Below, in pieces: positions 29,726-39,619 of a stretch of DNA of 64,000 nt. The stretch is from the NCBI GenBank assembly GCA_963749075.1, contig CAVVLJ010000017.1, positions 320,001-384,000 of the forward strand, written 5' to 3'. The translations under genes and the position numbers were made by a program. Within the stretch, counting starts at the first letter, position 1. Each line of letters starts with the position of its first letter. The notes beneath the pieces were generated by a model. The model made no database searches and was not told the origin of the DNA. It worked only from the letters and a program-made list of their open reading frames with translations. This stretch comes from an uncultured Pseudomonadota bacterium (lineage in GTDB: Bacteria > Pseudomonadota > Alphaproteobacteria > JACZXZ01).

Positions 29726-31108
29726 TCAGCTCCCCGCCTTCGCCTTGGTCCGCTCCTTGCCCGGTGCGGCCTTGGCGGTGCCTTTGCGCGCGCGGAACTT
29801 GGCGCTCCAGCCCGGCCGCTCCTCCTGGCGCGCGCGGGCGAGGGCGAGCGCGCCGTCGGGCACGTCGCGCACGATGACGCTGCCGCTTGCGACATAGGCG
29901 TCGTCGCCGATGCGCACCGGTGCCACGAGGGACGAGTTGGTGCCGATGAAGGCGCCCTTGCCGATCTCGGTCGCGTGCTTGGCATAGCCGTCGTAATTGC
30001 AGGTGATGGTGCCGGCGCCGATGTTGGCGCCAGCCCCCACCCGCGCGTCGCCCAGATAGGCGAGGTGGTTGGCCTTGGCCCCCTCGCCGATACTCGTGTT
30101 CTTGACCTCGACGAAGTTGCCGATATGGGCATCGGCACCGATCTCCGCACCCGGCCTCAGCCGCGCGAAGGGGCCGACGACCGCCCCGGCTGCTATGCTG
30201 GCACCCTCGATGTGGCAGAAGCCGCGGATCTCGACGCGGTCCGCCACCTCGACGCCGGGTCCGAAGACGACGTGGGGGCCGATCGTCACGTCGCGCCCGA
30301 TGCGGGTGTCGTGGCTGAGCCACACGGTCTCGGGTGCGGTGAGCGTCGCCCCCTCCTCCATCGCGCGCGCGCGGAGGCGCTTCTGCAGCGACGCCTCGGC
30401 CGCCGCCAGATCGGCGCGCGAATTGATGCCGAGGAGCTCCTCCTCCGGCGCCTCGACGAAAGCGCAGGGTAGGCCGTCGGCGCGCGCCAGCGCCACGATC
30501 GAGGTGAGGTAGTACTCGCCCTTCTTGTTCCGCCGGTCGACGCGGTCGAGGAGTGCTAAGAGCCGCCTGCCGTCGACCGCCATGACGCCGGAATTGCAGA
30601 GGCGCAAGGCGCGCACCTCGGCGCTTGCGTCGCGCTCCTCGACGATCGCCTCGAGCATGCCGTCGGCACCGGTGACCAGGCGCCCATAGCCGCTGCACTC
30701 GGCCGGCGAGAAGCCGAGCACGACGACGGCGGGTGCGGGCTTCCGCCTGCGCGCGGCGAGCATGCGCTCGAGCGTTTCCACGGTGATGAGCGGCGTATCG
30801 CCGAAGAGCACCAGCACGTCGCCCGCGAAGCCCTGAAGTGCTGCGCGCGCGGCGAGCACGGCGTGGCCGGTGCCGAGCGGCTCCGCTTGCACCACCGTGC
30901 GGTGCGGCTCGACGGCGTCCTTGACCGCCTCCATCCCGGGTCCGAGCACCACGACGGAGAGCTGCGGCTCGAGGCGTTCCACCGTCGAGAGCAGATGGCG
31001 GATCATCGGCAGGCCGGCGAGCGGGTGCAGCGCCTTGGGCAGCGCCGATTTCATGCGCGTCCCCTGGCCCGCGGCCAGCACCACGGCGGCGACATTTGCC
31101 TTGGTCAT
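29726..31108 (-). CDS. glmU: Bifunctional UDP-GlcNAc pyrophosphorylase/GlcN-1-P acetyltransferase
   Basis: LAAGQGTRMKS.LPK, LGTGHAV, EYYLT, GNFVEVK, GAGTITCNYDG. Confidence 0.97.
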   Translation of the reverse strand: MTKANVAAVVLAAGQGTRMKSALPKALHPLAGLPMIRHLLSTVERLEPQLSVVVLGPGMEAVKDAVEPHRTVVQAEPLGTGHAVLAARAALQGFAGDVLVLFGDTPLITVETLERMLAARRRKPAPAVVVLGFSPAECSGYGRLVTGADGMLEAIVEERDASAEVRALRLCNSGVMAVDGRRLLALLDRVDRRNKKGEYYLTSIVALARADGLPCAFVEAPEEELLGINSRADLAAAEASLQKRLRARAMEEGATLTAPETVWLSHDTRIGRDVTIGPHVVFGPGVEVADRVEIRGFCHIEGASIAAGAVVGPFARLRPGAEIGADAHIGNFVEVKNTSIGEGAKANHLAYLGDARVGAGANIGAGTITCNYDGYAKHATEIGKGAFIGTNSSLVAPVRIGDDAYVASGSVIVRDVPDGALALARARQEERPGWSAKFRARKGTAKAAPGKERTKAKAGS

Positions 31109-31238
31109 CGCACTCCCATCGGGTAATGCTCCGGTCTCGCCGGACGGCGGCGCCAAACTGCCACAAGCCGTGGGCCGCCTCCAAGTCAAGTTTTGTTAGC
31201 GATTGTAAGGCGCTATGCGAGAGCCGCGCAAACCGGGG

Positions 31239-31950
31239 ATGGGCGGGCTGCGGGCCGTCGTCTTCGATCTCGACGGCACGCTCGTCGAACTCGGCGGCGG
31301 ACATCCGGCGGGCGCTCAACCGCACCCTCGCGGCGGCCGGACGGCCGGCGCTCGAGCTCGACGCCGTCAAGCTCCTCATCGGCGACGGCGCCGAGCGCCT
31401 CGTGGCGCGCGGCTTTGCCGCGAGCGGTGCGGCGCTCGACGCGCCCGGCCTCGAGTGCCATTACCGGCAATTCCTCGCCTTCTACGGGGAGCCGGGGGCG
31501 GCGGACCTCACCCGCCCCTATCCGGGCGTGCGCGAGACCTTGCAGCACCTCGCCGGCGACGGGCTCAAGCTCGGCCTCTGCACCAACAAGCCGAGAGGAG
31601 CCACCGCCAACGTGCTCCAGCACCTCTCCCTCGCGCCCTTCTTCGCGGCCGTGGCGACGCCCGAGGACGTGGCGGCGCCCAAGCCCGATCCGGCGCATCT
31701 CCTGGCCGTGCTCGCCCTCCTCGACGCGACGCCCGCCGCGGCCGTGATGGTCGGCGACAGCGCCAACGACGTGGCGGCGGCGCGCGGCGCCGGCACCAGG
31801 GTCGTGGCGGTCAGCTACGGCTATCCGCGCATGGCGCCGGAAAGGCTCGGCGCGGACCTCCTCATCGACCGCATGGCGGAGCTGCCGGCGGCCCTCGAGC
31901 GGCTCGGCAGAGGCGAGCGCCGGCCGCCGCCGGCCGCCCGGCTTTCTTGA
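31239..31950 (+). CDS. gph: Phosphoglycolate phosphatase (HAD) with an apparent +1 frameshift near 31288
   Basis: FDLDGTLV in one frame; SAADI..TNKP..KPDP..MVGDSAND in the next; removing one A from GTCGAACTCG restores GTLVDS. Confidence 0.85.
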
Positions 31951-31975
31951 CAGGGGCGGAAGCGGCCCCTTAAAT
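31947..31975 (+). promoter_or_regulatory. Putative sigma70 promoter of tRNA-Val
   Basis: TTGACA-N17-TTAAAT followed by GC-rich GGCGC. Confidence 0.6.
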
Positions 31976-32005
31976 GGCGCCCTCCACCCTGCGGCAGACG
32001 GTGCC

Positions 32006-32080
32006 GGGCGCTTAGCTCAGCGGAAGAGCGTTCCCCTCACACGGGAGAGGTCGTAGGTTCAATCCCTACAGCGCCCACCA
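32006..32080 (+). tRNA. tRNA-Val (anticodon CAC)
   Basis: GGGCGCT acceptor stem pairs with AGCGCCC; anticodon arm TTCCC-CTCACAC-GGGAG; T-arm GGTTCAATCCC; encoded CCA. Confidence 0.97.
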
Positions 32081-32094
32081 CTGCGGGGGCGACT

Positions 32095-32210
32095 GGCGTC
32101 CTGCTCGAGCGCTACGCCGAATGGGCCGTCCAACGCGCCCGCTGCGTGACGCTGTAAACCGTCGCAGCTTTGAGCGACAATCCCATCGTCAAGCCGCCCG
32201 CTTTGCTGCG
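32095..32210 (+). mobile_element. IS256-family transposase C-terminal remnant
   Basis: [35 protein letters not shown] matches the alphaproteobacterial IS256 tail recalled as [30 protein letters not shown].LPA, with an internal stop. Confidence 0.8.
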
Positions 32211-32296
32211 CCGCTTCTTCCGCGTCCCTGCCGCGCGCCATGCACGCGCGCGGGCGCAGCGATCCTGGGAAGCTCGATATATTCTGGGAGGCTCCA

Positions 32297-33406
32297 ATGG
32301 AACGGCAACGGAAGACGCGCGGCGTGCGGCGCCGCACCCTCCTCAAGGCCGGTGCTGCGGCCGGCGCCGCCCAGTTTGTTGCGCCGTTCATCCTGACCGC
32401 GCGCGGCGAAGAGGCGATGAGCGGGGGAGGTCAGATGATCCACCGGACATTGGGCCGCACCGGGCTCAAGGTCAGCGCCGCCGGGCTCGGCGGCGGCGGC
32501 TTCAGCCGGCTCGGGCTGTCCAAGGGCAAATCGGAGACCGAGGTCGTCTCGCTCATCCGCCTCGCCCTCGATCTCGGGGTCAATATCATCGACACGGCTG
32601 CTTCCTACGGCACCGAGCCGGTGATCGGCCGCGCGATCAAATCGGTGCCGCGCGAGAGCCTTGTCATCACCACCAAGGCCAGCCCCGCCCAATATGGGAG
32701 CTGGGAGCTTTTCACGCCCGAAAACGTGGTGGCGAGCATCGACAATTCGCTGCGCCAGCTTGAGACCGATTATCTCGACGTGCTCCAGCTCCACGCCGTG
32801 GCGCCGCAGATCTACGAGCAGACGCGCGAGGCGATCTATCCGGCGGTGCTGCGCCAGAAGGAGAAGGGCAAGCTCCGCTTCATCGGCATCACCGAGGCGG
32901 CACCCTACGATCTCGACCACAAGATGCTGCAGCGCGCGCTCTCCGAAGACGACATCTGGGACACCGTCATGGTCGGCTTCAACATGATGCACCAGAATAC
33001 CCGCACCAGCGTCTTCCCCAAGACCATGGAGAAGAAGGTTGGCACGCTAATAATGTTCGCCGTGCGCGGCATTTTCGCCCAGCCCGAGCGGCTCAAGGCG
33101 GAGGTGCGGGCGCTGGCGGCGAACGGGCAGCTGCCGAAATCGCTGGGCGATTCGCCCGACCCTCTCGGGTTCCTGGTCCACGAGGGCGGCGCCAGCTCGA
33201 TCATCGACGCGGCCTATCGCTTTGTGCGCGACGAGCCAGGCGTGGACGTGGTGCTGTTCGGCACCAGCGATCCCCAGCATCTCAGCGAGGACATCGCGTC
33301 CTTGACCAAGCCGCCCTTGCCGGCGGCGGACCGCGAGCAAATCGTGACCCTGTTCGGCCATCTGGTGGGCGTCGGGATCGAGGCGCCCAGCCGCGTGCAG
33401 CCCTAG
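32297..33406 (+). CDS. Aldo/keto reductase with an N-terminal twin-arginine leader
   Basis: RTLGRTGLKVS, IDTAASYGTE, ITTK, SLRQLETDYLDVLQLH; leader RRRTLLK; a second RBS+ATG at 32435. Confidence 0.88.
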   Translation: MERQRKTRGVRRRTLLKAGAAAGAAQFVAPFILTARGEEAMSGGGQMIHRTLGRTGLKVSAAGLGGGGFSRLGLSKGKSETEVVSLIRLALDLGVNIIDTAASYGTEPVIGRAIKSVPRESLVITTKASPAQYGSWELFTPENVVASIDNSLRQLETDYLDVLQLHAVAPQIYEQTREAIYPAVLRQKEKGKLRFIGITEAAPYDLDHKMLQRALSEDDIWDTVMVGFNMMHQNTRTSVFPKTMEKKVGTLIMFAVRGIFAQPERLKAEVRALAANGQLPKSLGDSPDPLGFLVHEGGASSIIDAAYRFVRDEPGVDVVLFGTSDPQHLSEDIASLTKPPLPAADREQIVTLFGHLVGVGIEAPSRVQP

Positions 33407-33489
33407 GCTCTCAGCTCGCTCCAAATGGGGGTTCTCGCCTCTTCGCGGTCATGCGAGAGAAGTGCGGAAAGGCGGCAGCTGCGCGAACG

Positions 33490-35841
33490 TCAATGGATTT
33501 CGAAACGCCGGAAGATGAAGACCTTCACCTGATCGAGAATGAGCAAGTATGCGGCGACGGCGGCCAGCAGTGCCGCAATGAGCACGGGACTGACCGGCGC
33601 CATCAAGACGCCCGTCGTCGCCATGACGGCCACCACCGCGAGATCGGCGATCGAGCTGCCGATGAGCCAGCGGCTCGGCCGCGACTGCCAGAAACGGCCG
33701 CGCTCGCGGACGAGATAGACGTTCCCTTGCCCGGTCGTCACCAGCATGACGAAGACCAGCGTCTGAAGCTGCGCCAAGGGCAGGCCGATGAGGTCGCGCC
33801 CCGTAAAGAAGACCGCGAAGGAGAGCAGCAGCACGAGCCCCGCTAGCACGCCTCCCGTGAGCATGAGCGTCTTGACGTTCCAGCGGTCGGGTTTCCGCGA
33901 GTAGGACACGTGATCGGTGGCGATCGACATCGTCACGAAGTCGTTGGTGAAGAGCAAGAGGACGATCAGCAGCGGCGTGATCACGAAGCTGTCGGTGAGC
34001 ATCACGCCGACGGTCAGGAAGACGGCGATCTCCAGGGTCTTCATGATCTTGTTGATGGTGTAGGTCAGCATGCGCTGATAGATGCGGCGGCTGATCTTGA
34101 CCGCCGAGAGCGCATCCACCAGGCCCGGAGCGGTGAGCACCACGCCGGCGGCGGCGCGCGCCACGTCGGTGGCGCTGGCGACGGCGATGCCGACGTCGGC
34201 CTGCTTCAGGGCGGGCGCGTCGTTGACGCCGTCCCCCGTCATGCCGACGACGTGGCCCGCCGCCTGCAGCAGCCGGACGAGCTGGATCTTGTGCTCGGGG
34301 AAGACCCGCGCATAGACGTCGTAATCGAGCGCGCGGTTTCCGTCGAGACTGCCGAGCGCCTCCGAGGAGGCGGCGCGCGCGCCGATGCCGACGCGCTCTG
34401 CCACCGCGCAAGCCGTCGCGAGGTTGTCGCCGGTGACCATCAGGACGCGCACCCCGAGCTCGTGCAAGCCGCTCACCAGCGATGCGGAATCGGCGCGCGG
34501 GGGGTCTTCCAGCGCCACGAGCCCTGCCAGGCGCAGCGTCTCCCGACTGCCGCCGGAGGCGACGGCGAGCACGCGATTGCCGCCGCCCGCCAGCCGCTCG
34601 ACGGCCGCCGTGAGCGCGGGCTCGTGCGGAACGAGTGCGGCGATCGCGCGCGGCGCTCCCTTGACGACGCAAAGCTTTCCGTCCGCAGCCTCGTAGAGCC
34701 CGAGCGAATAGCGCAGCACCGGATCGAAGGGGACGAACTCGAGCCGCCGCGGCGGATCGCCAAGCAGGCGGCGTCCGCCGGCGGCGGCGAGGATGGCGAG
34801 ATCGATGGGGTCTTGCGTCGCCGGATCGCAGGCCAGTGCCGCCCGGCGCAGGAGCTCGTCCTCCGACAAGGGTGCCAAAGGCTCGGCTGCGACGAGGGCG
34901 AGGCTGTTCTCGGTGATGGTGCCGGTCTTGTCGGTGCAGAGCACGTCCATGCCGGCTGCCTCTTCGATCGCCGAGAGCCTCGTGACCAGCACGCCATTTC
35001 GCGCGAGCTCCGTCGATCCGAGCGCGGTCGCGAGCGTGAAGGTCGCCGGAAGCGCCACGGGAACGGACGCCACGAGGAGGATCAGCGCGAAGGGGACCAC
35101 GTCCGCGAACGGCAGGCCGGCCCATGCGGCATAGCCAAGGAGCGCGCAGACCAGCAGCGCATCGATGATGACGAGCGTCTTGACGATGGCGAAGATCAGC
35201 GCCTGCAGGTGACTGGCCGACTTCGCCGTCCGCACGAGCTCGGCGGTCTTGCCGAAGTAGGTGCGCTGGCCGGTCGCCACGACCTCGCCGGTCGCCTCGC
35301 CCCGCCTGACGACGGCGGCGGCGTAGGCGAGCGCTCCGGCTCCCGCTTCCACGGGAACGGATTCGCCGGTCAAGGCCGATTGGTCGAGGAGAACCTCGCC
35401 GTCCGCGATGCGAATGTCGGCGGGCGCGAGATCGCCCATCCGGAGATGAACGGAATCGCCGGGAACCAGGCTTGCCGCCGTCACCGATTGCCATCGGCCG
35501 TCGCGAAGCACGCGCGCCCGCGTCGTCAAGCGGCGGCGCAGCAGCGCCAAGGCCTTGTTCGCACGGCCCTCCTCGGCAAAGCTGATCGCGGCGTTGAACG
35601 CCAGGAGAAGGGCTACGATCGCCGCCTCTCTGCGCTTCTCGAGCAGGACCTGAACCAGGATCGTGGCCTCGAGCATCCAGGGAATGGGGCCCCAGAGCTT
35701 TTTCAGCAACGCGAGCGCCGGGTGCGGACGCCGCTCCGGAATTTCGTTCGGCCCGTATTGCCCGAGCCGGCGTTGCGCCTCGGCGCCGGTCAAGCCGGCG
35801 GGCGCCTCGGGCGTCGATGCGGGTTTTATGGGCCGATCCAT
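33490..35841 (-). CDS. Plasma-membrane-type proton-efflux P-type ATPase (P3A)
   Basis: YGPNEIPE, DQSALTGES, ASVPVALP, DKTGT, TGDGVNDAPALK, FTNDF. Confidence 0.92.
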   Translation of the reverse strand: MDRPIKPASTPEAPAGLTGAEAQRRLGQYGPNEIPERRPHPALALLKKLWGPIPWMLEATILVQVLLEKRREAAIVALLLAFNAAISFAEEGRANKALALLRRRLTTRARVLRDGRWQSVTAASLVPGDSVHLRMGDLAPADIRIADGEVLLDQSALTGESVPVEAGAGALAYAAAVVRRGEATGEVVATGQRTYFGKTAELVRTAKSASHLQALIFAIVKTLVIIDALLVCALLGYAAWAGLPFADVVPFALILLVASVPVALPATFTLATALGSTELARNGVLVTRLSAIEEAAGMDVLCTDKTGTITENSLALVAAEPLAPLSEDELLRRAALACDPATQDPIDLAILAAAGGRRLLGDPPRRLEFVPFDPVLRYSLGLYEAADGKLCVVKGAPRAIAALVPHEPALTAAVERLAGGGNRVLAVASGGSRETLRLAGLVALEDPPRADSASLVSGLHELGVRVLMVTGDNLATACAVAERVGIGARAASSEALGSLDGNRALDYDVYARVFPEHKIQLVRLLQAAGHVVGMTGDGVNDAPALKQADVGIAVASATDVARAAAGVVLTAPGLVDALSAVKISRRIYQRMLTYTINKIMKTLEIAVFLTVGVMLTDSFVITPLLIVLLLFTNDFVTMSIATDHVSYSRKPDRWNVKTLMLTGGVLAGLVLLLSFAVFFTGRDLIGLPLAQLQTLVFVMLVTTGQGNVYLVRERGRFWQSRPSRWLIGSSIADLAVVAVMATTGVLMAPVSPVLIAALLAAVAAYLLILDQVKVFIFRRFEIH

Positions 35842-35979
35842 GTCCGTCCCGAAGTGCGCCGCCCCGTGATATTCCGCCCCCTGGCCGCAAGCCCGTCGCG
35901 ACGCTGCCGCGAAGCCGGGACACCGGGGCGCGAAAGTGGCATCTTAAGTGAGCGGCTCGGAACCGCGAAGACCTGAGTG

Positions 35980-36693
35980 ATGGATATGCGCCTCTCCGAA
36001 TTCGGGCCGCACATCTGGGTCGGCGAGGGTCCGCTGGTGCCGTTTTACGGCTTTCCCTATCCCACGCGCATGGCGCTGATCCGGCTCTCGAGCGGCGGCC
36101 TCTTCGTCTGGTCGCCGGTTGCGCTCGCGCCAGCGCTCAAGCGCCAGGTCGATGCGCTCGGGCCGGTGCGCCACCTCGTCTCGCCCAATGCACTCCATCA
36201 TCTTTTCCTCGGCGAGTGGAATGCGGCCTATCCGGAGGCGCGCCTCTATGCCTCCCCGAGGCTGCGCCGCAAGCGCAAGGACCTCGTCTTCGCTGGCGAG
36301 CTCGGCGCTTCTCCGGAACCGGAATGGGCGGCGGATATCGATCAGGTTCCGCTCGTCGGCAGTTTCGTATTGACGGAGGTGGTGTTCTTCCACCGCGCGA
36401 GCCGCACGGCGATGTTCGCCGACCTGATCGAGAATCTGCCGGCCGACTGGTTCAAAGGCTGGCGCCGCGTCGTTGCCCGGATGGACGGCATCGTGGCGCC
36501 CAATCCGGGCGCGCCGCGCGAGTGGCGTGCCAGCTTCCTCGATCGCCGTGCGGCGCGCGCCGCGCTCGAGCGCATCCTCGCCTGGCCGATCGAGCGGGCG
36601 CTGATCGCCCATGGCGAGTCTGCAAGCGCCGACGGTGCAGCGTTCGTCCGCCGCGCCTTCGCGTGGCTGCTCCGGCCCAAGAGGCCTGCCTAG
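35980..36693 (+). CDS. DUF4336-family protein
   Basis: TRM...RL..G.L..WSP, GPV.HL.SPN.LH.LF, EVVFFH..SRT...DL.EN. Confidence 0.85.
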   Translation: MDMRLSEFGPHIWVGEGPLVPFYGFPYPTRMALIRLSSGGLFVWSPVALAPALKRQVDALGPVRHLVSPNALHHLFLGEWNAAYPEARLYASPRLRRKRKDLVFAGELGASPEPEWAADIDQVPLVGSFVLTEVVFFHRASRTAMFADLIENLPADWFKGWRRVVARMDGIVAPNPGAPREWRASFLDRRAARAALERILAWPIERALIAHGESASADGAAFVRRAFAWLLRPKRPA

Positions 36694-36802
36694 AGCGCGT
36701 CCCACTCGAACGCACTCTCCGCTTGGTTCGTCATTCCCGCGAAGCCTGTCCCCGCGAAGGCGGGGAGCGGGAATCCATCGGCTCCGGACCCCCGCTTTCG
36801 CG

Positions 36803-37043
36803 CTATGGCATTCACACATTTCGAGGAGGACTGCAGAGCCATCGTGGGTCCTTCGAGACGCGCCCCTTCGGGGCGCTCCTCAGGATGAGGAAAATCTGTA
36901 TGTGGCACAAAGACTTAACCTCATCCTGAGGAGCGAGCGCAGCGAGCGTCTCGAAGGACCCGCCGTAACCAGTCCGAGGTTCCTTTTGCACACCGCAACA
37001 CCAGGATTTGCCGACAATCTTCGGGTTTGTGTGAATCCCGTAG
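36803..37043. mobile_element. 241-bp MITE-like element with 16-bp TIRs and a 10-bp target duplication
   Basis: TIRs CTATGGCATTCACACA / TGTGTGAATCCCGTAG (14/16); flanking direct repeat CGCTTTCGCG at 36793-36802 and 37044-37053. Confidence 0.8.
36846..36961. repeat. RIME-like palindromic element within the MITE
   Basis: GGGTCCTTCGAGACGC..GCTCCTCAGGATGAGG-N28-CCTCATCCTGAGGAGC..GCGTCTCGAAGGACCC. Confidence 0.88.
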
Positions 37044-37153
37044 CGCTTTCGCGGGAGCGACGGAGGAGGCGGTTCCGACTAATCGGGACATGCTCTAGCG
37101 ATCCTGGCCTGGCCCGCGGCGCCGCGCGAACCTTCGGCGCTCCTGCGCGGCGC

Positions 37154-37930
37154 TCACGGATTTTCGGCGCCCGTCGGCTTCGCCTGCGTCATCCAGGCTT
37201 GCAGCATCTCGAGGGGGAACGGGAAGACGATGGTCGAGGTGCGCTCGCCCGCGATGTCGAACAGCGTGGCGAGATAGCGGAGCTGCATCGCCTGCGGCAC
37301 CGGTTGCAGGATGCGCGCGGCCTCGAGCAGCTTTTGCGCCGCCTGCTCCTCGCCCAGGGCATTGATGACCTTGGCGCGGCGCGAGCGCTCGGCTTCGGCC
37401 TGCCGGGCGATCGCGCGCACCATGCTCTCCTCGAGGTCGATGCGCTTGATCTCGACGTTCGAGACCTTGATGCCCCAGCCCTCGGTCTGCTTGTCGAGGG
37501 CGTCCTGGATGTCGGTGTTGAGCTTGTCGCGCTCGGCGAGCATCTCGTCGAGCTCGTGCTTGCCCAGCACCGAGCGCAGCGTGGTCTGGGACAGCTGGCT
37601 CGTCGCCTCCATGTAGTTGCGCACCTGGATGACCGCCCGCTCGGCGTCGATGACGCGGAAGTAGATGACGGCGCTGACTTTAACCGAGACGTTGTCCCTG
37701 GAGATCACGTCCTGCGGCGGCACTTCGACGACGACGATGCGCAAATCGACGCGCACCACCTGCTGCACCAGCGGCACGATCAGCACGAGGCCCGGTCCCT
37801 TGGTCCCCGTATAGCGCCCGAGGGTGAAGAGGACGCCGCGCTCGTATTCGCGAAAGATGCGGACGGCCCAGCCGATGACCAACAGAACGAAAATCGCGAC
37901 GATGACGAGGGTCGTAATACCGGTAATCAT
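37154..37930 (-). CDS. Slipin/stomatin-family SPFH protein
   Basis: EYERGV.F.LGR, QDVISRDNVSV.V.AV, QTTLRSVLG, QAEAER, QLRYL.TL. Confidence 0.93.
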   Translation of the reverse strand: MITGITTLVIVAIFVLLVIGWAVRIFREYERGVLFTLGRYTGTKGPGLVLIVPLVQQVVRVDLRIVVVEVPPQDVISRDNVSVKVSAVIYFRVIDAERAVIQVRNYMEATSQLSQTTLRSVLGKHELDEMLAERDKLNTDIQDALDKQTEGWGIKVSNVEIKRIDLEESMVRAIARQAEAERSRRAKVINALGEEQAAQKLLEAARILQPVPQAMQLRYLATLFDIAGERTSTIVFPFPLEMLQAWMTQAKPTGAENP

Positions 37931-37963
37931 GCGCGTGCCTCCCTCTCTCGCTAATCGGAGCTT

Positions 37964-39394
37964 CTATCGCTGCGGCTCGACGGTGAGGACGAGGCCGTCG
38001 CGCGCGACGACCTTGATGCTCGCCCCCGGCGGCAGGGGATGACCGGCGCGCGCCAGCCAGATCTCGCCTTTGACGCGCACCCTGCCCGCCGTGCCTTCCC
38101 ACGCGACGGCCTCGCCCTCCGCGCCGATCAGCGCCTCGCCGCCGGTGACGACCGGCCGGCGCCGCGAGCGGAGCAGCATGGCGAGGACGAGGAGGAAGAA
38201 GCCGGCGCTGATGACCACGGCGGCGACCACGACGGAGATGGATAGTCCGAAGCCCGGTGCATTGCCGTGGAACATCATGACCGAGCCGAAGGCGAACGCG
38301 ACGATGCCGCCGATGCCGAGCATGCCGAACGTGCCGATGAAGGCTTCCGCGACCATGAGCGCGATGCCGAGCAGCACGAGGCCGGCGCCGGCATAATCGA
38401 CCGGCAGCAGATTGAGGGCGAACAGTGCCACGAGCAGGCTGATCGTGCCGATGAGGCCGGGCAGCACCATGCCCGGATTGGCCAGCTCGAAGATCAACCC
38501 ATAGGCCCCGAGCAGCATCAAGAGATAGGCGATGTTGGGATCGGTGATGACGGCGAGAAGCTCAGTGCGCCAGTCGGGTGCCACGGTCACGGCCTCGAGG
38601 CCGGCCGTCGCCAGGCGCTCCGGCTTGCCGGCCACCTTGACGGTCCGCCCGTCGACTTGGCGGAGCAGATCGGAGACATTGTCCGCGATCACGTCGATGA
38701 CGTGAAGCTTGAGCGCATCGTCGGCGGAGAGGCTCACCGCGCTGCGCACGGCCTCGGCCGCCCAATCCGCATTGCGGCCGTTGAGCTCGGCAAGGCTGCG
38801 GATATAGGCCACGGCATCGTTGAGGATCTTGCGGGTCTCGGTGTCCTTCGGCTCGGCGTTGGCGGCGCTGCCGGCGTTGCCCGCGGCCGTGGGCTCCTTG
38901 CCGTCATTGCCCTTCTCGGGAGTCTGCTGCGGCGGGCTCGGCAGGAGCGGAAGCCCGCCCAGCTGGACCGGCGTCGCCGCGCCGAGATTGGTCCCGGGCG
39001 CCATGGCGGCGATGGCGCAGGCATAGGCGATGTAGGTGCCTGCGCTCGCGGCCCGCGCGCCGCTCGGCGCCACATAGGCGGCGACCGGCACCGGCGAGGC
39101 CAGGATGGCGCGAATGATCTCGCGCATCGAGCTGTCGAGCCCGCCCGGCGTATCCATGCGCAGGATGACGAGGCCGGCGTCGCTCGGCCGCACCGCCCCG
39201 AGCTCGCGCGACACATAGCCGGCGATCGCCGGCCCGATGGCGCCGTCGATCTCGAGCACGACCGCCTGCCGGGCCTCCGCCGCCGTCGGGATCGTCAGTG
39301 CCGCGGCCAGCACGGCGATGGGTGCTGCAGCGACACCCCACCACGGGTGCCCGCGCGATACGCGGGCGAGGCACCGCGTGCGGCCCAACCGCAT
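37964..39394 (-). CDS. nfeD: NfeD-family membrane serine protease
   Basis: MDTPGG, RAASAG, GTNLGAATPV, C-terminal OB domain (GEIW.A); paired with slipin. Start uncertain. Confidence 0.92.
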   Translation of the reverse strand: MRLGRTRCLARVSRGHPWWGVAAAPIAVLAAALTIPTAAEARQAVVLEIDGAIGPAIAGYVSRELGAVRPSDAGLVILRMDTPGGLDSSMREIIRAILASPVPVAAYVAPSGARAASAGTYIAYACAIAAMAPGTNLGAATPVQLGGLPLLPSPPQQTPEKGNDGKEPTAAGNAGSAANAEPKDTETRKILNDAVAYIRSLAELNGRNADWAAEAVRSAVSLSADDALKLHVIDVIADNVSDLLRQVDGRTVKVAGKPERLATAGLEAVTVAPDWRTELLAVITDPNIAYLLMLLGAYGLIFELANPGMVLPGLIGTISLLVALFALNLLPVDYAGAGLVLLGIALMVAEAFIGTFGMLGIGGIVAFAFGSVMMFHGNAPGFGLSISVVVAAVVISAGFFLLVLAMLLRSRRRPVVTGGEALIGAEGEAVAWEGTAGRVRVKGEIWLARAGHPLPPGASIKVVARDGLVLTVEPQR

Positions 39395-39605
39395 GGCCCG
39401 CCTCCATCCGCAGGGACGCCGCCGAGCTCCGCGGCGCCCGAACTCAGCATCTTCCGTCCCGTCCGTGCGCCGGCATCCTCGGCGCGTCGCTCGCCGCCGC
39501 TTCGCCGTCCGTTCCGGACCTTACAACCGCGCCAATTCGACCGCGAGAATATCCGGATGCACGTCCATCCCTGCCGGCATGATAGGCAAGCCGCGCGGCG
39601 GCGCC

Positions 39606-39619
39606 TTGATCCAGCTCAA
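39606..39619. promoter_or_regulatory. FNR/FixK-like box upstream of nfeD
   Basis: TTGAT-CCAG-CTCAA, one mismatch to TTGAT-N4-ATCAA. Confidence 0.5.

Larger units (their letters stand above)
36730..37061. repeat. GTCATTCCCGCGAA..GCGGGAATCC-type (dRS3/RPE-like) palindromic doublet with an interrupted right arm
   Basis: Left arm 36730-36777; right arm GGACCCCCGCTTTCGCG|GGAGCGAC split by the insertion. Confidence 0.8.

Noticed and set aside
31280-31295. Programmed frameshift or phase variation in gph
   Set aside because: No slippery heptamer or repeat tract; one extra A explains it, most likely a sequencing error.
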